64,000 nucleotides of DNA, from IMG/VR virus record IMGVR_UViG_3300009082_000959; one strand, given 5' to 3'. Positions 1-9,802 of the stretch are shown here, in pieces; position 1 is the first letter of the stretch; the number at the start of each line of letters is the position of its first letter. The translations under genes were made by a program, and so were the position numbers. The notes under the pieces were generated by a model. The model did no database searches, had not been told where the DNA came from, and saw nothing but the letters and a program-made list of their open reading frames with translations. This stretch comes from a virus (Duplodnaviria; Caudoviricetes).

Positions 1-171
1 AAAAATCAACGTCACGGTTTGTGTAAAGAATATTATAAAAATGGTTATTTAAGGTTTGAATATAATTACTTCAAAAATCAACGTCACGGTTTGTGTAAAT
101 TATACTATAAAAATGGTAATTTAAGAAGGGAAAGATATTATATTAATGGAGTTATGACAAATGCAACCTAA
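1..171 (+). CDS. MORN_2/YwqK-like repeat protein, 3' part (runs off window start)
   Basis: Frame 1 reads KNQRHGLCKEYYKNGYLRFEYNYFKNQRHGLCKLYYKNGN...AT*; 72-nt unit repeated at 1 and 73. Confidence 0.8.
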   Translation, partial: KNQRHGLCKEYYKNGYLRFEYNYFKNQRHGLCKLYYKNGNLRRERYYINGVMTNAT

Positions 172-370
172 ACTAAGTGACAAAGACGCGAGCACAATGG
201 TAAAGTCATCTCTTGCCGTAATGTTTTTGGTTGCAAGTTTATTTTATTTTGCTTACACAGCAATGCAAAGTGAAGATTTTATTAGGGCCCTCACACTAAC
301 TATAACTGGTTCTATCGTAAGTATCATTTACTATGTTGGAATGAGGCGTATTGTTTTAAAACAAAAATAA
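161..370 (+). CDS. small membrane protein (2 predicted TM segments)
   Basis: Two hydrophobic stretches; overlaps upstream stop. Confidence 0.6.
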   Translation: MQPKLSDKDASTMVKSSLAVMFLVASLFYFAYTAMQSEDFIRALTLTITGSIVSIIYYVGMRRIVLKQK

Positions 371-382
371 CAGGAGATTAAA

Positions 383-619
383 ATGGAAGATATGATTCTT
401 GATGCAGGGGTTTTGGCGGCAGTGAATTCTATTAAGTTGAACGCGCTTAATAATACTTTGGCAAACGGAGTGCCGCGGAAACTAACTGACCAGCAAGCGT
501 TGAACATTTATGTTCGTTCTTACCAGTTGGCCAGAGATAGTTTTTTGCACCCGACGACTATAAATCAGAATGATTTGCGTCGTCAGATTAATTATTGTTA
601 CGAGCACAAGCGAGCGTAA
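383..619 (+). CDS. hypothetical protein
   Basis: SD AGGAG upstream; 78 aa. Confidence 0.6.
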   Translation: MEDMILDAGVLAAVNSIKLNALNNTLANGVPRKLTDQQALNIYVRSYQLARDSFLHPTTINQNDLRRQINYCYEHKRA

Positions 620-620
620 T

Positions 621-932
621 ATGAAAAAGATATTTGATTTTCTCAATAAATTGTGGAGAAATATCATTAATTTTTTGGGTTTTGGCGAGTGTCATTTTAT
701 TATTAGTGGCGTCAAGTGTGGCGGAAGAGTAAGGCGTGTGGCTATATTCAGTGGCACAATTACAATGCCAATGTGTAAAAAACATTTCAACGAACACAAA
801 AAGATAATGTTATTGCATCATATAGGATTAGATGTCGAAGACGTTCTTAAAATGTCTTCCGAAGAAAAAGAGCGCACTATCGGAGAGAAAAGCAAAGACC
901 TTATAAATAAACCACCAAAAATATATTGGTAA
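621..932 (+). CDS. hypothetical Cys/His protein, paralog of 19459-19725
   Basis: ATG at 621 just after the upstream stop; CGG.V...F...I..P.C..H..EH...LH...D.E.VLK shared with 19459. Confidence 0.65.
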   Translation: MKKIFDFLNKLWRNIINFLGFGECHFIISGVKCGGRVRRVAIFSGTITMPMCKKHFNEHKKIMLLHHIGLDVEDVLKMSSEEKERTIGEKSKDLINKPPKIYW

Positions 933-940
933 GTTTTGCA

Positions 941-1014
941 GCCGCCATATATCAATGGTAGATTGCCTGTTTTGTAATCAGGAGATGTAGGTTCGAGTCC
1001 TACTGGTGGCTCCA
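941..1014 (+). tRNA. trnT: tRNA-Thr (anticodon UGU)
   Basis: Acceptor GCCGCCA/TGGTGGC, anticodon loop TT-TGT-AA (973-975), T-loop GGTTCGAGTCC, encoded 3' CCA. Confidence 0.93.
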
Positions 1015-1031
1015 AACAAAAGGAAATTATT

Positions 1032-1553
1032 ATGCAAGAAAAAATATCTGACTTTGTTCATTATGCTTTGTCGTTCCCCAAAATAATTAAACAAAGGGTT
1101 ACTCATTTTTTTCGGTGGATTATAAAGTCTATTCAGTATTCCATTATACTATCCAACGATTCTGATTGGGATTATTCAAGTGTTTTAATGCTACTACATT
1201 ATAAATTACAGCGCATGAGGAAGGAGTTTTTGTCTGATAGAGCATTTGCCGCATGTAGGTTTGAGTCGGCTGCACAAATTAGACACGCAGAAAAGCTAAT
1301 AGAATATGTGCGTGACGGTCATCCAGAAGCCAATAAATTATCTGACGAGTATCACGAAAAGTGGGGAAATTTAAAACTTTTTGATGATGAAGGAAAATTT
1401 GTAGCGATGCCAGAAAAATCAAAAACCGAAAATCTAAAAGAAAGTAAGGATGAACTAATTGAAATGACCAATAAAGTTCGTGAGATTGAAGAAAAAAACT
1501 GGAACCTTTTGTTCGATCATTTAAAAAAATACTTACGAGATTGGTGGGACTAA
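1032..1553 (+). CDS. hypothetical phage protein
   Basis: 173 aa, SD AAGGA, ends DWWD. Confidence 0.7.
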   Translation: MQEKISDFVHYALSFPKIIKQRVTHFFRWIIKSIQYSIILSNDSDWDYSSVLMLLHYKLQRMRKEFLSDRAFAACRFESAAQIRHAEKLIEYVRDGHPEANKLSDEYHEKWGNLKLFDDEGKFVAMPEKSKTENLKESKDELIEMTNKVREIEEKNWNLLFDHLKKYLRDWWD

Positions 1554-1753
1554 TGGAAAACAAAAAAGAAGATGAGGAATTAGTTAATGATTTGGTTACT
1601 TTAATAAATGATTTCTATGACGATTTGCTTGGAAAATTGCCATCGTTTATTAGTAAGAAGATTCTAATTCCGTCCAAGGTAAAGAATTATGCAGAGAGAA
1701 TTATGAACATATCTCGAAAATATGTTACGGCTATTGTAGCCAACCACAAATAG
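1553..1753 (+). CDS. hypothetical protein
   Basis: TAATG overlap start at 1553. Confidence 0.55.
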   Translation: MENKKEDEELVNDLVTLINDFYDDLLGKLPSFISKKILIPSKVKNYAERIMNISRKYVTAIVANHK

Positions 1754-1760
1754 GAGTTGT

Positions 1761-2258
1761 ATGGCCAAATCAAAAATAAGATACATTAAGCAAGTCGATA
1801 GAACAAGTTGCGGACCAGTTGCCTTAATAAATGTTTTGAAATGGCTTGGGTGCGATGTGTCCTATAATAATTTCATATATATGTCGAAGTGTATATGTGA
1901 TTGGAAAGACCCTCGCTATGAAGAGGATGGCGGAGTAGTAAATGATGGTATGGATAAGGCTCTGAATTACTTTAAAATAAATTTCAAGGCAATAGACAAT
2001 CCCAAACTGTCTGACTTTGACACGCATCTTGAAAACGGCGGGGCAATCTTAATAAGTTATATACCTATATTAAACTCCAAAAAACATGAACAGTGCGGGC
2101 ATATTTCTTTTTGTATAGGTAAAAGTAGTAAAATGTATGTTATGGTTAATGACTGTTTTAATAAGACAATTATAAAAAGGCACGCAAGAACAATCGAAAG
2201 AATATTAAAAAGTAAAATAGACGATGCTGATTTCAAGGTTTGGCTTATATCGAGGTAA
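1761..2258 (+). CDS. peptidase C39-like cysteine protease
   Basis: QVDRTSCGPVALINVL (Q..C), GHISF (H), VND (D) triad pattern. Confidence 0.75.
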   Translation: MAKSKIRYIKQVDRTSCGPVALINVLKWLGCDVSYNNFIYMSKCICDWKDPRYEEDGGVVNDGMDKALNYFKINFKAIDNPKLSDFDTHLENGGAILISYIPILNSKKHEQCGHISFCIGKSSKMYVMVNDCFNKTIIKRHARTIERILKSKIDDADFKVWLISR

Positions 2259-2263
2259 TGTGA

Positions 2264-2599
2264 ATGAGAAAATCAAAAGAGGAAGCCGTAAATAATTTCA
2301 AGGAAAAGTGGGGCCTTACTGGAAAGCACTTTTACAGATTCGGTGACAACTTGTTTATTTTGTCAGTAAAAAAAGTCACAATTGAAAACCCAAGTTATGA
2401 AAACACATATGTAAGTTCTTCAATGATGACAGAACTAAACTCATTGAACTCGATATTAAAAATGATTAAAAAGCCTAAAACTAAATTTATAATAGATAGT
2501 CACAAAATGAATAGTGGTTTCTACAAGTGTGAAGTTTTTGATACATATGAAAAACTAAAAACTTATTTACTAATAAATAAATTAGCGGGATTAAAATGA
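2264..2599 (+). CDS. hypothetical protein (C-terminal LLINKLAGLK)
   Basis: 111 aa ORF in the + operon. Confidence 0.6.
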   Translation: MRKSKEEAVNNFKEKWGLTGKHFYRFGDNLFILSVKKVTIENPSYENTYVSSSMMTELNSLNSILKMIKKPKTKFIIDSHKMNSGFYKCEVFDTYEKLKTYLLINKLAGLK

Positions 2600-3021
2600 C
2601 ACTTTTACGCGATGCAATGACTGCTTACTTATCAGGACTTACCACCAAAAAGACTGATAAGGAAATATGGTGGGAAAACAAACGCGGTGAAAAAATTACC
2701 GTAGAGTTGGTAGATGCAGATTTGGAAAAATATATAGTAAGACACTACCATGAAAATGGTAATTTAATGTTCGAAGATAATTTTATTAAAGATCTTTTAT
2801 GTGGTGTTGGGAAAATGTGTGATATAAATGGCAACACAGAGCTTGAATACGAATGCTACGATGGAAAATTTCACGGTTTTTATAGATGCTATTGGTGTGA
2901 TGGCAATATAAGGACAGAACTTTTATATAAGAATGGTCTCTTGCACGGCTTATGCAAATATTATAACGAAGACGGAATCTTAACAAACACAATCAAATAC
3001 ATAAATGGAGAACGACAATGA
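2596..3021 (+). CDS. MORN_2 repeat protein with conserved leader
   Basis: MTLLRDAMTAYLSGLTTK..KEIWW...KITVELV leader followed by HG.C..Y..NG repeats. Confidence 0.85.
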   Translation: MTLLRDAMTAYLSGLTTKKTDKEIWWENKRGEKITVELVDADLEKYIVRHYHENGNLMFEDNFIKDLLCGVGKMCDINGNTELEYECYDGKFHGFYRCYWCDGNIRTELLYKNGLLHGLCKYYNEDGILTNTIKYINGERQ

Positions 3022-3338
3022 ATGACGCTAATGTGAAGAAACTATTTAGAAAGTTTAAGTTGTTTATGAACAAGAAACGAACTGGTGAAATAAACTGCCG
3101 AGATGAACTATATGATATTATTTTTAATTTGTGTAATGAACTTCAATCGGCCACTCTTCCTGATAATTTCTTTGTAACTCATATTGGCGAAAAGTATGGC
3201 AAACTACAATTTTACACCGTGTCTGGAAATATGAGCACACGATTTATTATTGAGAAATATGTTGAGCAATCGGAAGAACTTATAGAAAGTCTTACTCCTG
3301 AAACCGTTGTTGTTTGCGATGAAACCACCGAACAATGA
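3018..3338 (+). CDS. hypothetical phage protein (EKYGKLQFY motif)
   Basis: Motif resembles QVKEKMGEMKMY in 61332-62012. Confidence 0.55.
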   Translation: MNDANVKKLFRKFKLFMNKKRTGEINCRDELYDIIFNLCNELQSATLPDNFFVTHIGEKYGKLQFYTVSGNMSTRFIIEKYVEQSEELIESLTPETVVVCDETTEQ

Positions 3339-3535
3339 AAATAAAAAAACTACCTGAAAATTGGCCGTTCGTAACAAACCAGCAACAAGAGTTGGGTTTA
3401 ATTAAAATGCACGCGCATAGTAGAATATCAGTATCGATATTTAAATCTTGTTGCAAAAAACTTGTGGATGAAAATTTTGTTTCTATTGGCCAAGCCAAGA
3501 AAGTTGTAAGACGGTTTCTAAAATTAAGGAACTAA
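3335..3535 (+). CDS. hypothetical protein
   Basis: ATGA overlap with upstream gene. Confidence 0.5.
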   Translation: MKIKKLPENWPFVTNQQQELGLIKMHAHSRISVSIFKSCCKKLVDENFVSIGQAKKVVRRFLKLRN

Positions 3536-3536
3536 T

Positions 3537-3968
3537 ATGACACTATTACACGATGCAATGACTGCTTACTTATCTGGCTTGACTACCACAAAGAATGAAA
3601 AAGAAATTTGGTGGCAGGATGGATTTGGCGATAAAATTACCGTAGAGTTGGTGGATGCTGATTTAGAAACATATATTGTGAGAAGATATTCAGAACACAA
3701 CTATACACTACTTTATGAGGTAAATTTTAAGAAAGACCAGCGCCACGGACCAAGTAAATCATATTATGGAGATGGCAATCTGTGGATAGAGAATAATTAT
3801 CTTCGAGATAAACGACACGGACTATGCAAAGAATATTCAAAAAACGGAAGAGTGTTCGCAGAATATAATTATCACAAAGATAAACTGCACGGTTTATGCA
3901 AATATTATAACTCGCGTAGCGGAAAAATTCGCGAAGAAAAATATTGTAAAGGTAAATTATGTCAATAG
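3537..3968 (+). CDS. MORN_2 repeat protein with conserved leader
   Basis: MTLLHDAMTAYLSGLTT leader plus three MORN-type repeats. Confidence 0.85.
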   Translation: MTLLHDAMTAYLSGLTTTKNEKEIWWQDGFGDKITVELVDADLETYIVRRYSEHNYTLLYEVNFKKDQRHGPSKSYYGDGNLWIENNYLRDKRHGLCKEYSKNGRVFAEYNYHKDKLHGLCKYYNSRSGKIREEKYCKGKLCQ

Positions 3969-4627
3969 AAATTGAGTATGAAAAATTACGATCCGCTTTG
4001 AGATATTGGCTTTACGGCAAAGGATATCATAAAGCGGTTAAAGCAATGGAGTATGCCGCCAAGTATCATAAGGGATTGCGTAAGGATGGCGTTACTCCTG
4101 AATTTTATCATCAACTTTGTATTGCTGGATATGTTAGAACCCTTCACTTAATTTATTCAGAAGAGACTATGGCCACTGCTTTTCTTCACGACCTCATAGA
4201 AGACTATGATATATCTGCGTCCGAGTTAGAGCGTCAATTTGGAAAAGAAATAGCGTTCCCCGTATCATTGTTAAGTAAGCGTAGGGATGGTTATACAATA
4301 GAAAACACCCCATACTACCTTAATATTTGCAATGATCCTATTGCATCAGTTGTGAAGGGCGCCGATCGTATTCATAATTTCCAAACCATGATTGGCGTAT
4401 TTGACATCACAAAACAAAAAGAGTATATAGAGGACTGCAAGGTTGGTTTGTTGCCGATGCTAAAAAAGGCCAGACGAAAATTTCCAGAGCAAGAACCAGC
4501 TTACGAAAACATTAAACACGCATTATTAAGTCAAATAGATTTAATAGAATGTTTGCATAAATATTTTGATACAGCAAGTAATCCGAAGAATGATTTAATA
4601 ACCGCGCCGGAGAAAAGAGTTCCGTGA
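3959..4627 (+). CDS. HD-domain (p)ppGpp hydrolase-like protein (SpoT/Mesh1-type small alarmone hydrolase)
   Basis: A.KYH.G.RKDG.TP...H, AFLHDLIED, VKGADRIHN motifs. Confidence 0.8.
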   Translation: MSIEIEYEKLRSALRYWLYGKGYHKAVKAMEYAAKYHKGLRKDGVTPEFYHQLCIAGYVRTLHLIYSEETMATAFLHDLIEDYDISASELERQFGKEIAFPVSLLSKRRDGYTIENTPYYLNICNDPIASVVKGADRIHNFQTMIGVFDITKQKEYIEDCKVGLLPMLKKARRKFPEQEPAYENIKHALLSQIDLIECLHKYFDTASNPKNDLITAPEKRVP

Positions 4628-4851
4628 TGACTGTTTTGCACGATGCAATGACTGCGTATCTGTCGGGTTTAGCTACCAAAAAGAATGACAAAGAGATTTG
4701 GTGGGTAGATAAGTATGGAGAGAAAATTACCGTAGAGTTGGTCAATGCAGATTTGGAAACACACATAATAAGATATTATTGCGAAGATGGTAGTTTGCAG
4801 CGTGACAAATTTGGTTTTGTAAAATCTTATTTCAAATTATTGAATTCATAA
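4627..4851 (+). CDS. truncated MORN-family protein (leader, almost no repeats)
   Basis: MTVLHDAMTAYLSGL leader then diverges after RYYCEDG. Confidence 0.7.
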   Translation: MTVLHDAMTAYLSGLATKKNDKEIWWVDKYGEKITVELVNADLETHIIRYYCEDGSLQRDKFGFVKSYFKLLNS

Positions 4852-4884
4852 TATTTCATTAATCTCTAACAAAAGGAAAAAACA

Positions 4885-5226
4885 ATGACTGATGGAAAGC
4901 CGATGACTACTGACCGAATTGATGTCCTCATGGTTGAGGGCGCGAAAGAAAACTATGACACTGTGGTTGATAAAATCACTCAACTGTATAATCACAACAT
5001 GCATAAGGCTTATGAAAAGTTTAAAGTTTCCATGGTAAAGGATGCCAAACTTGGATGGGCTCTTATTTTTGAGGGCGAGCGTGAGGAAAATAAAACCGAG
5101 ACCGCAGAGAGAGAGGCCAAAGAGTTTGCTACGAGAAAGCGTCTGGAAGACGCCGAGTTGAAGGAATATTTAAAACTTCACAAAAAATATGGGAAAAAGT
5201 GCGATGACGGATGTAAATGTTCATGA
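4885..5226 (+). CDS. hypothetical protein
   Basis: SD AAGGA, 113 aa. Confidence 0.6.
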   Translation: MTDGKPMTTDRIDVLMVEGAKENYDTVVDKITQLYNHNMHKAYEKFKVSMVKDAKLGWALIFEGEREENKTETAEREAKEFATRKRLEDAELKEYLKLHKKYGKKCDDGCKCS

Positions 5227-5521
5227 TGTAATGGCAGCTTACTTGGCGGGTCTTGTCACCAAACTCAACGAAAAAGAAATATGGTGGCAAGACAAGAATG
5301 GATATAAAATTACCGTAGAATTAGTAGATGCTGATTTAGAGACATATGTAGTAAGAGAATATCACAGGCGTGGAAGATTATGGTATGAAGAAAACTATCT
5401 TAATGACCAACTACATGGTTTGCGCAGAATATATGATAGAAGTGGCAAATTATATTTAGAAGAAAACTACTGCGAAGGTCGAGTTATTGATTCAAAGAAA
5501 TACCTTGATGATGGTGATTAA
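5204..5521 (+). CDS. MORN_2 repeat protein with conserved leader
   Basis: HDVMAAYLAGLVTKLNEKEIWWQDKNGYKITVELV; start uncertain. Confidence 0.75.
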   Translation: MTDVNVHDVMAAYLAGLVTKLNEKEIWWQDKNGYKITVELVDADLETYVVREYHRRGRLWYEENYLNDQLHGLRRIYDRSGKLYLEENYCEGRVIDSKKYLDDGD

Positions 5522-5586
5522 TTTCTATTATAATGGTGAAAAGATTTCTCACAAAAATATAATATACAAAATGGAAAAATAATACA

Positions 5587-6621
5587 ATGGTAGATAAAGA
5601 AAAGTTAGATTCAATTTTTAAAAATATCAGTAGTGAATTGCCCGTTGGAATTCTAATACATCCCTCGCCGGACCCAGATTGTTTGGGCGCCGCGGCCGGA
5701 TTTACGATATTTCTACAACATGCTTATGGAATTTCCAGCAAAATATATCACCTTGGAGAGATTAGTCATCCACAAAATAAATCCTTAAAAAATGTTCTTC
5801 ACATAAACCTCGAAGAAGGAAAAAGTTTTGACCACACAAAAGTTTCTGCAACCGTTTTGCTTGACACTGACCTGACAAATTCTGGATTTAAAAATGAAAA
5901 GTTTATTAAATCAACTGTTAGAATCGATCATCATGATACTGATAGGGACGAAGAGTCAGAGTTGGAGGATGTAAGGCAAACTGGCTCAACCTGCGCTATT
6001 ATTTGGGAATATCTTAAAGAGTTTGATATCCCAATGGAAGAGTATCCTGATGTTGCTACTGCTTTGGTTTTAGGGATTAAGACGGATACTGTTGATTTTA
6101 CCAGTAACGCTACGACAGAATTAGATATGCAAGCGTTTAGATTGCTTTTACCGTTTGTTGCCAAAGACAAATTAGCAAAGGTGACTCAATTTCCTTTGCC
6201 CAAAATTGTATTTGAGGCAGAGACCAGAGCGTATAAAAACAAAGAAACTCGTAATGCTACACTCACTGCTTTTGCTGGCGAACTAACCCAGCTTAATAGA
6301 GATGTCATTCCTACAATTGCAGATAGGTTTGCAAGAATGGATGGTATTAATACTGCGGTAATTCTTGGTATCATAGGAAACAATATAGTTGCCAGCGTAA
6401 GAAGTAGTGACCAAAGAGTTGATGTTGCTGACTTTTGTGTGAAAGTTTTTGGAAAGGCACATGCTGGCGGCCGTGAAGGTGCCGGCGGAGCATCTGTTCC
6501 TTTGGGTTTAGCGTTTGAAATTCTTTCTGGAAAAGAGGTTAGAGATGTAATAATAAAGGAAATTATTTCTGCTTTCTCTTTGAAAATATTTACTACACTT
6601 GGAGAGTATGAGGCAAGCTAA
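5587..6621 (+). CDS. DHH/DHHA1 phosphoesterase (NrnA / cyclic-dinucleotide PDE-like)
   Basis: HPSPDPDCLGAA, LLDT, RIDHH, C-terminal GGREGAGG. Confidence 0.85.
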   Translation: MVDKEKLDSIFKNISSELPVGILIHPSPDPDCLGAAAGFTIFLQHAYGISSKIYHLGEISHPQNKSLKNVLHINLEEGKSFDHTKVSATVLLDTDLTNSGFKNEKFIKSTVRIDHHDTDRDEESELEDVRQTGSTCAIIWEYLKEFDIPMEEYPDVATALVLGIKTDTVDFTSNATTELDMQAFRLLLPFVAKDKLAKVTQFPLPKIVFEAETRAYKNKETRNATLTAFAGELTQLNRDVIPTIADRFARMDGINTAVILGIIGNNIVASVRSSDQRVDVADFCVKVFGKAHAGGREGAGGASVPLGLAFEILSGKEVRDVIIKEIISAFSLKIFTTLGEYEAS

Positions 6622-6980
6622 TGGCAAAACCAAAACTGACAGATACGCAAAAGAAAACCCTTGCAAACCTGGAATGGTTTATTAAGAATGAAATTGTTTG
6701 GGATGGAAACAAAGATTTAAGGGACGCAGTATTGGATGGGCACATAGCCGTATTCTCCATTAGGGGCGACGAAAGAGTTTTATACAGAGTAGCTCCTTCA
6801 AGAAATTATTTCGATACACTTGTGATGACCGACACAAAAGAAAACGCAAAATTGATTATGAAATATAATCTTACAACCAAATCTATTATGGTTGATATGT
6901 TAAGACTATATACAATGGAAGAAATGTGTCGTTCTTTTGTTCCTGACTTATTTCGTTACGGGGTTAGAAATGAAATATGA
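6621..6980 (+). CDS. hypothetical protein
   Basis: TAATG-coupled, 119 aa. Confidence 0.6.
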   Translation: MAKPKLTDTQKKTLANLEWFIKNEIVWDGNKDLRDAVLDGHIAVFSIRGDERVLYRVAPSRNYFDTLVMTDTKENAKLIMKYNLTTKSIMVDMLRLYTMEEMCRSFVPDLFRYGVRNEI

Positions 6981-7407
6981 AACATCTATTGGTATAGTCC
7001 CCGTTAGAAAAGACGGGGACGAATACAAATTTTTATTGCTTTGTTCATATAGGTATTGGTGTTTCCCAAAGGGCCGCGTAGATTCAAAAGACCAAAGCGA
7101 ATTGGAAACTGCCTTACGAGAAACTGAAGAGGAAACAACTATTACTCCAAGGGATTTAGATTTTAGGTGGGGAAAAGATTGCTATACTACCGAACAATTT
7201 AAAACAAAAATTGGCCGTAAGACTGATAAATTTTTCATAGCAGAGACCAGTGTTGAAAAAATTTTTTTGCCAATTAGCCTTGAATTAGGAAAACCAGAGC
7301 ACGATAGATACGCTTGGGTTAGTTATGATGACGCTAAAAAAATGGTAAATGAAAGAATTGGAAAAGTTTTAGATTGGGCTAACGACAAAATAAAAGAGAC
7401 AAAATAA
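6970..7407 (+). CDS. Nudix hydrolase (Ap4A hydrolase-like)
   Basis: WCFPKGRV...ETALRETEEET Nudix box; EHDRYAW. Confidence 0.85.
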   Translation: MKYETSIGIVPVRKDGDEYKFLLLCSYRYWCFPKGRVDSKDQSELETALRETEEETTITPRDLDFRWGKDCYTTEQFKTKIGRKTDKFFIAETSVEKIFLPISLELGKPEHDRYAWVSYDDAKKMVNERIGKVLDWANDKIKETK

Positions 7408-7964
7408 TGGAAAAATTAAGCGAAGTAACGGTTTTGGCAATATACTGTTCCTACTACTCTAAAACTGCAAAGCAATATGCTGAAATGTTTTGTAGATTAT
7501 CTGGAATAAACTCCTCACAAAACAAGGAAGAAATTATTAAAGCGGCCTCTATTGGTTTGGAAATTATTGGAGCACCGGAGCAAACAGAATGTGGTGATAT
7601 TTTTACGCCAATTCCAGACGCAATAAAAAAACTTGATTGGTTGATAGAAAAATACAACCATCGTATGTCAAATGGATGGACGCGGTCAGCAAAACAATTA
7701 GAGAATTCCATTGAAAAATTAAAAAATCGTATAGGTAATGCAAAAGTATCCGAAGTCAATCAAAATCAAATAGGATATGTTGGCACAACGGGTGTTGACG
7801 AAAAATATATTAACAAGCTAAATAAAATGTCTGACTTCAAAAGAAAGCTGCGAATGAAAGAAAAAGAATACATAGGGGCACTTGGTAATAAAGAGGAAAG
7901 AAATAGTTTGGAAAAACAAATAGAAGACTTACGAAACGAAATTTATAGCATCAAGGATGAATGA
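7407..7964 (+). CDS. hypothetical protein
   Basis: 185 aa, coiled-coil-like C-terminus. Confidence 0.6.
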   Translation: MEKLSEVTVLAIYCSYYSKTAKQYAEMFCRLSGINSSQNKEEIIKAASIGLEIIGAPEQTECGDIFTPIPDAIKKLDWLIEKYNHRMSNGWTRSAKQLENSIEKLKNRIGNAKVSEVNQNQIGYVGTTGVDEKYINKLNKMSDFKRKLRMKEKEYIGALGNKEERNSLEKQIEDLRNEIYSIKDE

Positions 7965-8298
7965 TATGACAAACGAAGAAATAGAAATGATTGCGGCGAT
8001 AGAGAAAACTCTAATACGACGAAAAGAATGTAATGACTCTTCATTGGAATGTGTTATCCTATGCAATGGAAAAAGAATCTCAATCAAAAACAAGTCTGTG
8101 TGGAAATCAAGGGGTTACGCAATAGCAGCAATAAACAATATGATAAACTATGACCGTAGTTGGAGCTATGCAATACGCCATATGTCCTCTGACACGCAAT
8201 TAAAAGAAAAGGTAGTAGATAATTTTGCTGCATCTTTGGTGGTAATGCCTTTGCGAGATTATATGTATGTCGAGTATATGAGGTCAAACAAAAAATGA
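7957..8298 (+). CDS. hypothetical protein, tandem paralog 1 of 3
   Basis: ILCNGKRISI..KSVW motif. Confidence 0.65.
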   Translation: MNDMTNEEIEMIAAIEKTLIRRKECNDSSLECVILCNGKRISIKNKSVWKSRGYAIAAINNMINYDRSWSYAIRHMSSDTQLKEKVVDNFAASLVVMPLRDYMYVEYMRSNKK

Positions 8299-8696
8299 AA
8301 AACAGCATTGATATTAAAGACTTGATAGTAAATGAAGAAGAACTAAAAAGTAAAATAGCGGTAGAGATGGAGAAAAAATTTGTAGAGTGTGATGACCAAG
8401 ATTCATATGTGATACTATATCATGGCAAAAGAATGTCAATAGATGGAGAATCTGTGTGGCCATCCGAAAGTGCGGCCAAAAGATATATGACCAAGAACAC
8501 AGTAAAATGCGGTGGAAAGTGGCATTTAAAAGATTTTTTCTTTAGGCTTCTTATACCCAAAATAAAAGAAGACGCATATTATTATGGTGTTATTATATCC
8601 GATAATTTAATTAAAATATATCAAGATTTAGGTAAATCTTTTAAAGAGCAATTCGAAATCGTTTCACTAAAAGAATATATAAAGAGAAACCAATGA
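8295..8696 (+). CDS. hypothetical protein, tandem paralog 2 of 3
   Basis: ILYHGKRMSI...SVW; ends FKEQFEIVSLKEYI. Confidence 0.65.
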   Translation: MKNSIDIKDLIVNEEELKSKIAVEMEKKFVECDDQDSYVILYHGKRMSIDGESVWPSESAAKRYMTKNTVKCGGKWHLKDFFFRLLIPKIKEDAYYYGVIISDNLIKIYQDLGKSFKEQFEIVSLKEYIKRNQ

Positions 8697-9076
8697 ACAC
8701 AGAAATAATTGACATAAATAACCTTACAGTTTCGGTTGATGAATTAAAAGCAAAAATAGCCGAAGGCATGGAAGAAAAAATTGTAGAGTGTAAAGATGAT
8801 ATTTTTTATATAATATTACATCACGGAAAAAGAATATCTTTAAATTATACCTCCATATGGGAAACCGAGCGTGGTGCCAAAGCTACAATTGCTCGTATTG
8901 CCAGAAACAAATACAACCTAGACTATATAATGAGAAAAATGGTGCCAGAAAAATATTATTGTAGCACGTATAAATTTTCAAACGACATAATTAAAATACA
9001 AAAAGAGTTGCAAAACGGTTTTAAAGAACAATTTAAAATTATTACTTTTGAGGAATATATAAGGTCCAAGCAATGA
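8693..9076 (+). CDS. hypothetical protein, tandem paralog 3 of 3
   Basis: ILHHGKRISL...SIW; ends FKEQFKIITFEEYI. Confidence 0.65.
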   Translation: MNTEIIDINNLTVSVDELKAKIAEGMEEKIVECKDDIFYIILHHGKRISLNYTSIWETERGAKATIARIARNKYNLDYIMRKMVPEKYYCSTYKFSNDIIKIQKELQNGFKEQFKIITFEEYIRSKQ

Positions 9077-9423
9077 CTAAAAAAGAATTTAAAGAAAAGT
9101 TTATAGAACTAACTAAATATTGGTGGAGAGATATTTCGTTGTATGAAGAAAGAGTAACCAATTTAGCAAACAAAATTTCTTTCACTACTGATACTATCAA
9201 AGAATGGTTCGATGGCATCTCTCTTCCAGTCTCCAAAAAACGAGATGAAGTCATAAGATATCTTTATGAAGAGATTGAGAAAGAAAAAATGAGAAATTTT
9301 GTTAGAGATATCTTGTCAAAAGAATTACGCATAAAATTCATTCACAATAATGTTATTGCATTATATCTTGGTGACGAAGAAATTTCATCCGACCTTATTA
9401 GCCTTTGGGATGATAATGACTAA
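9073..9423 (+). CDS. hypothetical protein, possible HTH
   Basis: TTDTIKEWFDGISLP resembles an XRE recognition helix (weak). Confidence 0.5.
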   Translation: MTKKEFKEKFIELTKYWWRDISLYEERVTNLANKISFTTDTIKEWFDGISLPVSKKRDEVIRYLYEEIEKEKMRNFVRDILSKELRIKFIHNNVIALYLGDEEISSDLISLWDDND

Positions 9424-9802
9424 ACGAAGTAGATATAAAAAGATAGTAGCGAAGATAGATGAAACTCCCGAGACATTGCGTAAAAATTTCCCTTCTAATT
9501 TAATTTCTGCTTTCGTTGCCGCATCCAAATCAAATTGGAATGTAAAAGAGCATAAAAAATATGCTACATTAGCAGAAGAGTTCCTTGGCAAAACAAAATG
9601 GTCCGACAAAATAGAACAGGGTGCTTTGGTAGTCCGACTTACAATTGCTACCTTTGATTTAATAGAAAGTAAAAACAAAACGCTCGTATGTGATAAACAT
9701 AAAAAATATGATGGAACAAAGAAACCAAAAAACAAATGCAAAACTTGCGCGGTGATTTATGAAAAGAAAAACGAAAAAGAAATTGAAACCAAAGAAAGTT
9801 AG
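9416..9802 (+). CDS. hypothetical protein with C-terminal C..H...C..C cluster
   Basis: Track ORF 9350-9802; likely start 9410 or 9416. Confidence 0.55.
   Translation: MTKRSRYKKIVAKIDETPETLRKNFPSNLISAFVAASKSNWNVKEHKKYATLAEEFLGKTKWSDKIEQGALVVRLTIATFDLIESKNKTLVCDKHKKYDGTKKPKNKCKTCAVIYEKKNEKEIETKES

Noticed and set aside
818-1015. Minus-strand ORF MEPPVGLEPTS
   Set aside because: Antisense shadow of tRNA-Thr.
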